DNA from: an uncultured Ignavibacteriales bacterium
GTDB taxonomy: Bacteria > Bacteroidota > Ignavibacteria > Ignavibacteriales > Ignavibacteriaceae
Direction: 5' to 3'
Assembly: GCA_963764825.1 (NCBI GenBank)
Contig: CAVXUA010000010.1
Span: 45,010 to 109,009 of the forward strand
DNA: 64,000 nucleotides
Shown piece by piece: positions 21,562 through 31,527 of the stretch (position 1 is the stretch's first letter; each line of letters begins with the position of its first letter). The notes under the pieces were generated by a model. It saw only the letters and a list, made by a program, of their open reading frames with translations. It was not told the DNA's origin and did not search any database. Position numbers and translations under genes: made by a program.

Positions 21562-23493
21562 TTATTTTGGTTTGTACGTTTCAGAGAATTTTAACGATAA
21601 TGTGAACATCCTGAACGGTTTATACCTTAGTATAATATACCATCGCATACCTTCGCCAAACATAGCAAGATTGGTTAGCACTCCCGTTAAGTTATTTTCA
21701 TACTGGAAGATGGCAGAGTTGAAAGAATCTGTTCTAAAAAATATTATTCTGCCATAAAGATTAAAGTTTGAAGTCGGCGAATACCTTATATCCTGAAAGA
21801 GCAGATAACCATTTTCTGCAACATTAATTGCATAAATCTTGAAACTGTTGTATTCAAATCTTCCTTTTAATCTTAGTTTTTTTGAAATGTTATAGATAAG
21901 TTCAGCTCGCATTGTTTGCTTTAGCCGCTTAATAAGTCTGTCGTTATTTTCTATTGTTTCTGTAACATCTTTGTTTTCGTATTTATATCTTAATCTTAAA
22001 GAAAAACCCTTAAGAGGTTTGCTAAGAAAATCCAGAAGGTACTCATTCCCATCGCTTGGCAAAGGATTAGTAAATGTTGCATAAGGAAATTTAAACTGAT
22101 CGTAATAAAAATTAAGCAAACCAATTGGTGTGCGCCATTTGAATCCAGTATAAATTCCAAACTCATTCGTAGTAGCGCCAGATCTTTCGCCAAATCCAAA
22201 ACCATGAAGACTAATAAAATTACTTGGATAGCTTCTAATAGAAGTAATAAATGAAAAACGCTGCGTAACTGCAATTTGCATAGAATTGATTGAGGCAACC
22301 GAAGTTCCATTATAAACTACTTCGCCAAAAAAGTTTATGTTGCTTAGATAAAAATCGTAATAAGCTGAAGTGTAATTAAATTTATTTCCGCTAATATCGT
22401 AAACAGAGGAAGAATGAAATGAATTGCTAAATTCGGATTGATAATAAAGCAAACCTGTCTTAAATGTTTTGCCTGAAATATAGTCAATTCTCCCACCCAT
22501 CATCTTTTCGCGAGCACTGTTCCTCTTATTTATTTCGCTTTCAGTTCTGTGAAGTCCGTCTACAGGTGTGGAAAAAATTTCTCCTGTAACCGAGTCAACA
22601 TTAGCATCTATAGTATTATTTGAATAGAAACCTGAAACGATAACGTTATTTAGTTTTATTGAAGCTGCAGCGCCCCTGAAAAAATTAACTTCGGTAGCGC
22701 TTGTGTAAGGTCTTATAATTCTATCTTTTTTCTTTACCGGGTAAACTGCATCAGAACCTTTGGAAAAACCGTAAGGGCTCCATAAAGTGAGACCCTGTCC
22801 AAACTCAAGAATATAATCCATCACAACTACTTTATGTAATATACCAACATCGTTTACTGCAAAATGAAATGATGTAAATTCATCTAAGGAAACTTCACCA
22901 GCATCTTTTTCTGATAAAAAACCAAGCTGATATTTTTTATCATAATTAATTATTAAACGGTTATAAACTTTTGGTTTTGTCCCTTCAAATTTACCATCCA
23001 CAAAACCTTTTCTTGTTTGCAGATCGTTCGAAACCCTGCTGCGCATCAGAAAACTGGAATTTGTTAAAAACTCTGCAAATGGATCCATTGGTTTCTCATC
23101 AATAATTTCTCCCGTGGTAATCTTCTTAACAGTTATGAAGGGGGATACATTTTTGATTAGCTCAACATCCAGATTTTGCACCATGTTCAATTCACCGGGT
23201 GAGAAAAAGTATCCGTATTTATTTCGGTGATCAACAATCATTTCTGCTGATGCTAGATCCATACCCGGCAGACTTTGAAGTACGGAAATATCTGCAATAT
23301 TAATATCAACAGGATTTATTAAAAAAAACTCAAGCTCCTCGTACAAATCAGAGTTATCAGCTTCTTCAACTGGCTCCTGCAATATATCTTCTAAAATTTC
23401 TTCTGTTCGAAGATAAGATGAATCGGTTTGTGCAATAGAAATAACTGTAAAAATTAAAACTGAAAAAAGGAATGTGATTGAAAACTGTTTCAT
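21562..23493 (-). CDS. Helix-hairpin-helix (ComEA-like) domain fused to a large predicted beta-barrel region
   Basis: Signal peptide from 'MKQFSITFLFSVLIF'. HhH segment 'NIADISVLQSLPGMDLASAEMIVDHRNKYGYFFSPGEL'. About 480 aa of alternating-hydrophobicity sequence rich in Y/F/G/N. Confidence 0.65.
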   Translation of the reverse strand: MKQFSITFLFSVLIFTVISIAQTDSSYLRTEEILEDILQEPVEEADNSDLYEELEFFLINPVDINIADISVLQSLPGMDLASAEMIVDHRNKYGYFFSPGELNMVQNLDVELIKNVSPFITVKKITTGEIIDEKPMDPFAEFLTNSSFLMRSRVSNDLQTRKGFVDGKFEGTKPKVYNRLIINYDKKYQLGFLSEKDAGEVSLDEFTSFHFAVNDVGILHKVVVMDYILEFGQGLTLWSPYGFSKGSDAVYPVKKKDRIIRPYTSATEVNFFRGAAASIKLNNVIVSGFYSNNTIDANVDSVTGEIFSTPVDGLHRTESEINKRNSAREKMMGGRIDYISGKTFKTGLLYYQSEFSNSFHSSSVYDISGNKFNYTSAYYDFYLSNINFFGEVVYNGTSVASINSMQIAVTQRFSFITSIRSYPSNFISLHGFGFGERSGATTNEFGIYTGFKWRTPIGLLNFYYDQFKFPYATFTNPLPSDGNEYLLDFLSKPLKGFSLRLRYKYENKDVTETIENNDRLIKRLKQTMRAELIYNISKKLRLKGRFEYNSFKIYAINVAENGYLLFQDIRYSPTSNFNLYGRIIFFRTDSFNSAIFQYENNLTGVLTNLAMFGEGMRWYIILRYKPFRMFTLSLKFSETYKPK

Positions 23494-23518
23494 CAGCTTG
23501 ATGATGGAAAACTTAAAA

Positions 23519-24376
23519 TCATTTTGTAATCTCCAGGTTTTTTCTAATGCCCGCCCTTCGAGTTTCATCCCTACCAAAGCTTAAAATAATTCCTGCTTGG
23601 TGGGTTAATCCCAAATCGGGATGCTTGATCAAAGCATAATCGAGATTGAAGATAGAATAATTAATACCAACTCCCGCAGAAAAAGTAGAAGGTTCGTTGG
23701 CAATACCAGCACGTAAAGAGATGTATTGAATAATGTTGTAATCAATACCAAGCTTGATAGAAGGTTTATACCTAATATCTTTTTCAAGTGCAAGATTTAG
23801 TGTAAAAGTATTTATAACATCGTAACTAAAACCTGTGGAGAATACCATAGGAATTTGATCATCCTCACTAGCAAGAGTTGCACGGTTAATATTTTCAATC
23901 GCAAATCCCCACCGTATATCGTTCGTAATGTAAGCTAGTCCTCCAAGGTTAAAGTAGAAAACACCTTTACTTCCATATTTTTGAATCGAGTAGGAATGAA
24001 AATTAATCACCCCGCCGGCAAAAAATTTGTTATTATAATTATATGAATATCCTAGTGATATTTTTGATTCCCTGTAAAGTTCAAATCCGTAAGTCATCCC
24101 GCCAAGAGCTACTGATCCAAAACTAAACGGTTCTATGTAAGCAACGTAACCGTTGGCAAGTTCAGAAAGCCCGAACGGAGCTGGCGAATAATATATTCCT
24201 ACCTCTCTCCAATTTAATTGAGAGAGACCGGATGGATTGCTAAAGAGTGCAAATACATCATTAGCGATTGCTACGTCAGAATGAGATAGAGAAATTTGCT
24301 TTGCCCCGGGATTAAACTGCGCAAATAAGCTAATTGTGAAACAAAAAAGGAATGTGAGTAGTAAAATGACTCTCAT
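23519..24376 (-). CDS. Putative outer-membrane beta-barrel protein, PorQ/PorV-like
   Basis: Signal peptide 'MRVILLLTFLFCFTISLFAQ'. N-terminal 'AIANDVFALFSNPSGL' resembles the PorV/PorQ/FadL-like lead motif. Beta-strand periodicity throughout. Family call is tentative. Confidence 0.45.
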   Translation of the reverse strand: MRVILLLTFLFCFTISLFAQFNPGAKQISLSHSDVAIANDVFALFSNPSGLSQLNWREVGIYYSPAPFGLSELANGYVAYIEPFSFGSVALGGMTYGFELYRESKISLGYSYNYNNKFFAGGVINFHSYSIQKYGSKGVFYFNLGGLAYITNDIRWGFAIENINRATLASEDDQIPMVFSTGFSYDVINTFTLNLALEKDIRYKPSIKLGIDYNIIQYISLRAGIANEPSTFSAGVGINYSIFNLDYALIKHPDLGLTHQAGIILSFGRDETRRAGIRKNLEITK

Positions 24377-24461
24377 AATAATATACTGCAAAGTTTGTTG
24401 AGGCAGTATATCAAAATTCATATATTAAATCAATAAAAATTTTATTTAATTAGGAAATGAA

Positions 24462-25340
24462 ATGACAAAGATATTTATAGTATTTCTCGCCATTTCTGTT
24501 GCCGGGTTGGCGCAGGAACTAAATTGTAGGGTAGAAGTAAATTTTGAAAGCTTACCGGTTAACAATAGGGAATTGCTTGCAGACTTTGTGAATGTTATTG
24601 AAACTTACATGAACACAACCCGCTTCACCACAGAAAATTGGGATGGTGAAAAAATAGATTGCAGCCTAACTATATTTTTTGTTTCAGCTTCCGGAGATGT
24701 AGATTATTCAGCCCAGATTGTTGTTGTTAGCCAGCGCCCCGTTTATCAATCCACCCGTAACTCCTCGATGCTAACGGTTAATGATGCGGCATGGTCATTC
24801 AGGTATGAAAGAGGACAGGCGCTCTATTCAAACCAAAGTACTTTTGATGGATTAACAAGTTTTCTCGATTATTATGCAATGATAATTATTGGCTTCGATT
24901 GGGATACCTGGGAAGAATTTGGCGGAAGCAGGTATTTTCAGAGAGCGCAGGATATCGTGAACCTTGGTGCAAGCAGCGGTTTTTCAAATGGATGGTTATC
25001 AAGCAGCAGTTCATATAACAGGTGGGGATTGGTTAACGACTTACTTGCAGAAAAATATTCTAAGTTCAGATCTTCAGTTTTTGATTACCACTATGGAGTA
25101 GATATTTACCAGCAGGATAAAAATCTTGGGCAGCAAAAAATAGTTAGTTTGATAGATAACCTCTACAATATGTGGGAAACGGAAGGAGGTTTAAAGAGTG
25201 TTCTGTTAGTTACATTTTTTGATGCAAAATATGGTGAGATGATAGATCTGCTTAGTGATTATAATGATTTAACAATATTTGAAAAGTTAAAAAAAATAGA
25301 TCCACAGCATACTACAAAGTACGAGGCTTTAATACCTTAA
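24462..25340 (+). CDS. DUF4835-like secreted protein
   Basis: Signal peptide, then 'ELNCRVEVNFESLPVNNRELLADFVNVIETYMNTTRFT'. Size (292 aa) and pattern match my recollection of DUF4835. Confidence 0.5.
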   Translation: MTKIFIVFLAISVAGLAQELNCRVEVNFESLPVNNRELLADFVNVIETYMNTTRFTTENWDGEKIDCSLTIFFVSASGDVDYSAQIVVVSQRPVYQSTRNSSMLTVNDAAWSFRYERGQALYSNQSTFDGLTSFLDYYAMIIIGFDWDTWEEFGGSRYFQRAQDIVNLGASSGFSNGWLSSSSSYNRWGLVNDLLAEKYSKFRSSVFDYHYGVDIYQQDKNLGQQKIVSLIDNLYNMWETEGGLKSVLLVTFFDAKYGEMIDLLSDYNDLTIFEKLKKIDPQHTTKYEALIP

Positions 25341-27347
25341 ATCATCAGTTTAATACTATAAATTTTATTTCCCTGTTCAAGTTTATAAACAACATCAATT
25401 CCGTTTGTAACTTTTGCGAATAGGGAATATCTTCCATTAAGATGAGGATAGTTACCCTGCATAATGAAAAATTGTGAACCTTCGGTATCTTTTCCAGCGC
25501 TTGCCATACCAACCATTCCAATTTCGTAGGGAAGGGGAGAGAACTCTGAAATTATATCGTAACCCGGTCCGCCCCAACCTGTGCCTGAGGGATCGCCTGC
25601 CTGGATAACAAATCCAGGAACAATACGATGAAATTCAATTCCGTTATAAAAATCATTTTCAGCAAGTTTGCAAAAGTTTCCAACTGTTATGGGTGCGTAT
25701 TCGGGAAGGAATTCAATTACAAAATCACCTTTTTCAGTTATTACTTTTGCTGATTTATATTTTAATGAATAGTTTACAATTTCATCAAAATGAGTTAAAT
25801 CTTTTTCCCCTTTATAATTGACTCCGGTTTTATCTGAAATAAATTTTCTTAATGAATAGAGATTTGAAATCTTGGTTTTTTTTATTACCTCGTTATAGAA
25901 ATCTTCATCAATTTTTTCTGAAAGATTAATCAGCGACATCACACCTTCAATAAAATCATGATTATTAATTTCGCGTTCAATTTTAGTAGGTATTATAACT
26001 TTTATAGTATCAGCAAAAGTTGAAATAAAATTAGAATCAACTCCATCAGCAGCAATAGAAACTATTGGTGCATAGGTAGACCATAAACTATTGAGTAAAG
26101 TATTTTGCAGATTTACATTTTCGGGGAATGAATTTTGGAACTTTAATAAACTTGATAGTATAGAATTTCGTTGGTTCGGCCAATCTCTAGAACGATTTGA
26201 GATTTGATCATTAAAAGCTCGAAGAAGCGAGTTTAAATAATATGCATCATCGGTATTAATTCCACAAGCATCATCATAATATTTTAGTGGGATTCTAAAA
26301 TTATTAAATAATTCCTTGGAATTATCCATAAAAGGATAATTATACAAGACAACCATGCTTACAAGCATTTCGCCAAGTGCGTGAGGAGGCAAATCCGTGT
26401 AAATTTTTTCTTGAAGATAATTACTTAGATAATTCTTTAACTCTTCACTTTCCAGTTGAATATTTCTTATCGAATTTGCGGCTGCAGTAGAAACATTTGG
26501 ATTTGGAGAACTGATTAAAATTAAAAACTGATTCAGTTCTTCTTTGGTTGTTACTTTTCTATAGCAGAGGGCTTTTGCCGTTTCAATCTGTAACAAAATG
26601 TTTGGTTCATTTAAAAGATGATTAACTAAAACTTTGTCTTCCGGAAAATATTTTTGCTTACTGAAATTCATCAAAGCATTTTGCTTTAATTCAATATTCT
26701 GCTTATCGAATTCCTTAGAATTTAAAATATTAATAAGTGTAGAATTTAATTGGGGAGAAGAATCAATTCTTGCCAAAGTAAACAACGCATCAATTTTTCT
26801 TTCGATTGAGCTTAATGAGTTTGTTGCTTCATCAATTAAAATCTGTTTTGATACTTCGCTTTCGATTCCCTTAAAAGCAAACTGGCGGATTGCCAAAGAA
26901 ATTCCTTCATACGGAAATACAGGTCCATCAAAATTTGCATACATTTCAGAAACTTTTTCTAAATCTGCTTCAGTTCCGGTTTTACCAATTGCTTCAAAAA
27001 TAAATTTTGAGTAATGATAAAAATTATCACCATAGACTTCTTTCCAAAGGAAATTTGTTGATTCGGTGCATTCACCAATCTGCCCGATTGCAAAACAGAC
27101 AAGTTCTTTGTGTTCTTTTAAAATCAATCTGCGTTATCATAGGGATGAAAGATGTATCTTCAGAATGGCTAACCGAAAGAAGTGCAGCTTTAACTTCGTC
27201 AGGATTTTCGGAGCGAAGATTTTTAGAAATTATTTCTTTATTAAAACTACGCTGGTAAGTTGTTTTAAGCAGTTCCCTTGTTTCATTAGAACAATTAAGA
27301 AATATAATTGTAAAACTTAGAGCGAATAATAAAAAGAAAGCTTTCAT
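25337..27347 (-). CDS. Lipoprotein with HEAT/ARM-like repeats and a C-terminal cyclophilin PPIase domain (frameshift near 27072-27127)
   Basis: Lipobox 'IIFLNCS'. Long helical-repeat region. C-terminal 'FHRIVPGFVIQAGDPSGTGWGGPGY...GSQFFIM'. Confidence 0.8.
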
Positions 27348-27353
27348 AAAAAT

Positions 27354-28475
27354 TTAAACTTCAATTTCCCAGATACGGTATTTTTTATATCGTTCAGCAT
27401 TCATCACATCAAGTCCACGGTTCATCATATCGTTATCTTCCAAAACCCAGCTTGCTTCTCCAAGCTTTATACCAAGTTTAGCTGCGCGGTGTACAATTTC
27501 CCAATAAAATACTGCATCCAATCCTTTCTTCTGAAATTCTGGTATGATGCCAAGTGTTAATATTCTTGCCCAGGAAATTTTCTTTTTCTGTGTAAAAAGT
27601 TTTATAAAATTATACGGAAACAGCTTCCCGTTCATTCCGGCAAAAATTTGATTGTAATCCAGCATAACTAATGCTGCCCCAACAATCTGGTCATTTATCT
27701 CACCGAAAATAATAAGTGATGGTTCAGCTAATGGTTTCAATTCTTTTGCCATTGCATCAATTTGTTCTTCTGTCATAGGTACAAAACCCCAGTTTGGTGC
27801 CCAGGCTTTGTTGTAAACATATTTGAACTTATCAAGTTCCTTATCAAATTTTTTCATGTTCATCTGGGTAATTTTCAAACCATATCTTTTCCTGGCAAGT
27901 TCCTGTACGCGTGTTAGTTTTTCCGAAGCAAGAATTTTTACAGATTCAATTTTCCACGCATAAAGGTCTTTTGCTTTTTTCATTCCGTAGTTTTCACATA
28001 GATTAATATAGAATTCAGGATTGTAAGGCATTAGCAAACGCGGAGTATCATCAAACCCTTCCATAAGCATTCCGTAAACATCATTGCTGGAAGGATTGGC
28101 AGGACCTTTCATATATTTTAAGCCATTCGTTTTAATCCATTCTTTAGCCTTATTAAATAGTGCATCCGCTACTTCCTGATCATCAATACATTCAAAAAAT
28201 CCGAAGTGTCCTGAATTATCATTATGATTTTTGAGATGCAGATCATTTTTTATTGCAGCAATTCTCCCAACTATTTTACCATCTCTTTCTGCAAGGAAGC
28301 AATCTACTTTACCATTTTTAAAGAAAGGATTTTTTTCTTTATTAAGAAGGTTTTTCTGTTCCATATTTAACGGAGGAACCCAATACTTATAATTTTTATA
28401 TACAGTGAAGGGAAATTTTATAAAATCGTTTAGATCTTTTTTATTAGATACTGATCTAACAGTAACAGAACTCAT
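27354..28475 (-). CDS. GNAT-like N-acyltransferase, 373 aa (candidate bCerS-type enzyme)
   Basis: C-terminal 'ILTLGIIPEFQKKGLDAVFYWEI' matches the GNAT acyl-CoA-binding motif A (Q/R-x-x-G-x-G/A). Lies 70 nt downstream of the Spt-like gene on the same strand. Confidence 0.55.
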   Translation of the reverse strand: MSSVTVRSVSNKKDLNDFIKFPFTVYKNYKYWVPPLNMEQKNLLNKEKNPFFKNGKVDCFLAERDGKIVGRIAAIKNDLHLKNHNDNSGHFGFFECIDDQEVADALFNKAKEWIKTNGLKYMKGPANPSSNDVYGMLMEGFDDTPRLLMPYNPEFYINLCENYGMKKAKDLYAWKIESVKILASEKLTRVQELARKRYGLKITQMNMKKFDKELDKFKYVYNKAWAPNWGFVPMTEEQIDAMAKELKPLAEPSLIIFGEINDQIVGAALVMLDYNQIFAGMNGKLFPYNFIKLFTQKKKISWARILTLGIIPEFQKKGLDAVFYWEIVHRAAKLGIKLGEASWVLEDNDMMNRGLDVMNAERYKKYRIWEIEV

Positions 28476-28545
28476 ATTTTGTCCTCATAAAAAAAGCATA
28501 CCCCGTTCTATAAAGGTATGCTTAAAATAATTTGTTAGAGAGCAA

Positions 28546-29736
28546 TTAAATTAATCCTACTTGTTTTCCGGTTTCTTCAAATATACGAATGATCTCGTCA
28601 AGGTGTTCTTTTTTATGGGTTGCCATGTAACTTGTTCTCATCATTTGTCTTCCCTCGGGAACACCTGGAGAGATAAATACATTCACAAAAACACCACCAT
28701 CATAAAGTAAGCGCCACATTTTAAATGCAATTTCATCGTTACCAACTATTACAGGAACAATGCCGGTTCTACCTTCAAGAATATTAAAGCCCTTCTCTTT
28801 AAGTCCCTTCCTCATATACTCAGCATTATCAATCAAGTTCTGTACTCTTTCAGGTTCCTTTTCCAGGATATCAAGTGCCGCCAATGCTGATGCCACTGAA
28901 GCGGGAGTAGGAGAAGCACTGAAAATTAATGCGGGAGAAAAATGTTTAATAAAGTTTATAACTCTTTCCTGTCCTGCAACATAACCGCCGAGAGAAGAAA
29001 AAGTTTTACTAAAAGTTCCCATCGATAAATCGATTTCGTCTTCCAAACCAAATTCGCTTGCAGTTCCTCTTCCGCCTTTACCAATTACTCCAACTGCGTG
29101 GGCATCATCAATCATTATTCTTGCATTATTTGCTTTGGCAATTTCATTCATCCTCGGAAGATCAACAATTTCGCCGCCTGTACTAAAAACACCATCACTT
29201 ACAATAAGCTTTGGAGCATCCTTAGAAATTTTTGAAATTACTTTTTCAAGGTCATCCATATTATTGTGCCTGTACCTAACCAGGTTACCCAAAGCTCCCT
29301 TCGATATCATAGTGCCAGCAACAATGCAAGCATGATTATCTTTATCAGAAATTACGTACTCGTTTCTTCCAACTAAGGTAGGAATAATACCTTGTGCAGT
29401 TTGATATCCTGTACTAAATAGTAAGACAGCTTCTTTATTAAAGAATTTAGCAAGTCTCAATTCTAGTTCTTCGTGTAAATCCAGGGTTCCGGTAAGATAT
29501 CTAGATCCTGAACAGCCGGTGCCGTATTTTTCTACAGCTTTAATTGCAGCTTCAACAACAAGTGGATGAGAGGTAAGCCCAAGATAATTGTTTGAGCCTG
29601 CCATAATAACTTTTTTACCTTCAATTTGTACAACGGGTCCTTCATTTGCCTCGATTGCCCGGAAATATGGATAGACCCCTGATGCTTTAACTTCATCCGC
29701 GCGGGTAAAGTCATAGCACTTTTGAAATAAATCCAA
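28546..29736 (-). CDS. PLP-dependent alpha-oxoamine synthase, serine palmitoyltransferase-like
   Basis: '[10 protein letters not shown]', '[11 protein letters not shown]', 'STGYQTAQG', 'DKDNHACI', '[13 protein letters not shown]', 'DDAHAVG', PLP lysine '[12 protein letters not shown]'. The overall pattern resembles Spt more than BioF or Kbl, judged by eye. Confidence 0.8.
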   Translation of the reverse strand: MDLFQKCYDFTRADEVKASGVYPYFRAIEANEGPVVQIEGKKVIMAGSNNYLGLTSHPLVVEAAIKAVEKYGTGCSGSRYLTGTLDLHEELELRLAKFFNKEAVLLFSTGYQTAQGIIPTLVGRNEYVISDKDNHACIVAGTMISKGALGNLVRYRHNNMDDLEKVISKISKDAPKLIVSDGVFSTGGEIVDLPRMNEIAKANNARIMIDDAHAVGVIGKGGRGTASEFGLEDEIDLSMGTFSKTFSSLGGYVAGQERVINFIKHFSPALIFSASPTPASVASALAALDILEKEPERVQNLIDNAEYMRKGLKEKGFNILEGRTGIVPVIVGNDEIAFKMWRLLYDGGVFVNVFISPGVPEGRQMMRTSYMATHKKEHLDEIIRIFEETGKQVGLI

Positions 29737-29851
29737 AGATTCCTCCTTGATTAAAATGGTATGTTAAAAATATTAAAATGTTTAAGTTTTTTGTAAGTTT
29801 TACATCAAAATCTATCATTAAATAGAGTTAAAATCAAATAGAGATAAAAAT

Positions 29852-30844
29852 ATGAGCAATAAGAAAATAGCTGTGGTTACAGGTGCAAACGGTTTTGTAG
29901 GAAGTCATCTTGTAGATTTACTATTAAAAAAAGATTTGATTGTTAGATGTATAACAAGAAAAACAAGCGATATGCGATGGCTTAAAGATAAACCCATAGA
30001 AATTTTTGATGGGGGATTGTTTGATAAAGAAAATTTAAGATTGGCGTTTAAAGATGCTTCATTTATTTATCATGTTGCTGGTGTTGTTAAAGCAAAAACT
30101 CCTGAAGGTTATTTTAATGGAAATGTTGAAGCGACCAAGACTTTGCTTGAAGTAGCTTTAGAATCTCCGGCTTCAATAGAGAAATTCTTGATAGTTGGCA
30201 GCCAAACCGTAACCGGTCCTTCTTACGATGACAATCCGGTTAATGAAAAGACTGAATGTAAACCACTCACCACTTATGCCAGGAGTAAAAAAGAACAGGA
30301 AGAAGTTGCTCTATCTTATTCAGATAAATTGCCGATTACAATTTGCAGGGCGCCCGCTGTATATGGTGAACGGGATACTGAAGTATTTATTTACTTTCAA
30401 ACATTCAATAAAGGGTTAACAACATTAATTGGTTTTGATAAAAAAATATTAAGCTTGATTCATGTAGCTGATCTTGTGGAAGGATTATATTTAGCTGCAA
30501 CTTCTGATAAATCGGCTGGAGAAATATATTTCATCAGCTCTGAAAAATATTACACTTGGGAGGAAATTGGAAACGTAACTGCAAAGGCGCTTGGTAAAAC
30601 AGCATTAAGAATAAGAATTCCTCACTTCATAGTATTTACAATTGCTGCATTTGCACAGTTCTTTGCAATGTTTAGTAAAAAACCTGCAACATTAAATATT
30701 GAAAAAGCAAAAGACCTTACTCAGCACGCGTGGATTTGTGATACTACAAAAGCTGTAGAACAATTAGGATTTAGACAGAAAGTTTCAATAGAAGAAGGCA
30801 TAAAACGTAGTTGTGAGTGGTATAGAGAAATGAAATGGATTTAA
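29852..30844 (+). CDS. NAD(P)-dependent epimerase/dehydratase-family reductase (extended SDR)
   Basis: 'VVTGANGFVGSHL' Rossmann motif and a 'YARSK' catalytic Y-x3-K. Divergent from the Spt-like gene (115-nt spacer). Confidence 0.85.
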   Translation: MSNKKIAVVTGANGFVGSHLVDLLLKKDLIVRCITRKTSDMRWLKDKPIEIFDGGLFDKENLRLAFKDASFIYHVAGVVKAKTPEGYFNGNVEATKTLLEVALESPASIEKFLIVGSQTVTGPSYDDNPVNEKTECKPLTTYARSKKEQEEVALSYSDKLPITICRAPAVYGERDTEVFIYFQTFNKGLTTLIGFDKKILSLIHVADLVEGLYLAATSDKSAGEIYFISSEKYYTWEEIGNVTAKALGKTALRIRIPHFIVFTIAAFAQFFAMFSKKPATLNIEKAKDLTQHAWICDTTKAVEQLGFRQKVSIEEGIKRSCEWYREMKWI

Positions 30845-31248
30845 TTATTTTTCGCACCTTCACTAATCCAGATTTTTATACCGTTCACATGATTTGGCAC
30901 TAATCCAGGATATTGAAGAGGAGGCATGGGAGGAAATCCCGGTCTGTATTCAATAGTCCAAACTAAAACACTTGTGCTGTCACTTCCAGGAAAAACAATC
31001 CTTGGATCTGCAATGATTCCTGACCAGGTGGAAAGATCTACACCTCCTTCTTTTAAAGAAGGACTATGACAGCTAACACATTTAAGTTCGAACACAATAG
31101 CAATATGGTCTGCATAACTAACATTTGAATCAGGCATAACAATATTATCGATTTGTTCAGTTGTAAGTGTGTCATCGCAACCGGTAATAATCAACAGCAG
31201 GAGGTTGATCCCCAAAATTAGTATTACTATTTGTTTAAATTTCTTCAT
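30841..31248 (-). CDS. Small lipoprotein with a single c-type haem motif (PSCyt1-like cytochrome c domain)
   Basis: Lipobox 'IITGC', 'FELKCVSCHSP...GGVDLSTW', '...MPP...IKIWISEGA'. Confidence 0.55.
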   Translation of the reverse strand: MKKFKQIVILILGINLLLLIITGCDDTLTTEQIDNIVMPDSNVSYADHIAIVFELKCVSCHSPSLKEGGVDLSTWSGIIADPRIVFPGSDSTSVLVWTIEYRPGFPPMPPLQYPGLVPNHVNGIKIWISEGAKNN

Positions 31249-31375
31249 AAATAATTTAGTGTAAAACTAAAGTAAGAGTTGATGTAAGTCAATGTATCAC
31301 TTGGTATCTAATGAAATGTTAGTAAATTGACAAAAGAACAAAAGATAATTAGTTTTGCTTTGCTGATTTGCAGAT

Positions 31376-31448
31376 GGGGCTATAGCTCAGTTGGGAGAGC
31401 GTCTGACTGGCAGTCAGAAGGTCACCGGTTCGAGCCCGGTTAGCTCCA
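31376..31448 (+). tRNA. tRNA-Ala (anticodon GGC)
   Basis: GGGGCTA acceptor with the G3:U70 identity pair. D-arm GCTCAGTTGGGAGAGC, anticodon arm TCTGA-CTGGCAG-TCAGA, T-arm CCGGTTCGAGCCCGG. Confidence 0.92.
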
Positions 31449-31457
31449 CAATATTCC

Positions 31458-31494
31458 GGCGTTGAACAAAAAACTTCAACGCCTTTTTATTTTA
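31458..31494 (+). terminator. Intrinsic terminator after tRNA-Ala
   Basis: Perfect 9-bp stem GGCGTTGAA/TTCAACGCC (31458-31466 and 31475-31483) followed by TTTTTATTTT. Confidence 0.75.
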
Positions 31495-31527
31495 GATAGA
31501 ATTTTACTCATAAATTTCTAGCTGTTA

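Noticed and set aside
27007-27320. Two overlapping plus-strand ORFs (83 and 84 aa) between the GNAT gene and the HEAT-cyclophilin gene
   Set aside because: They are antisense to the N-terminal lipoprotein segment of the HEAT-cyclophilin gene, whose two pieces join across a frameshift here.
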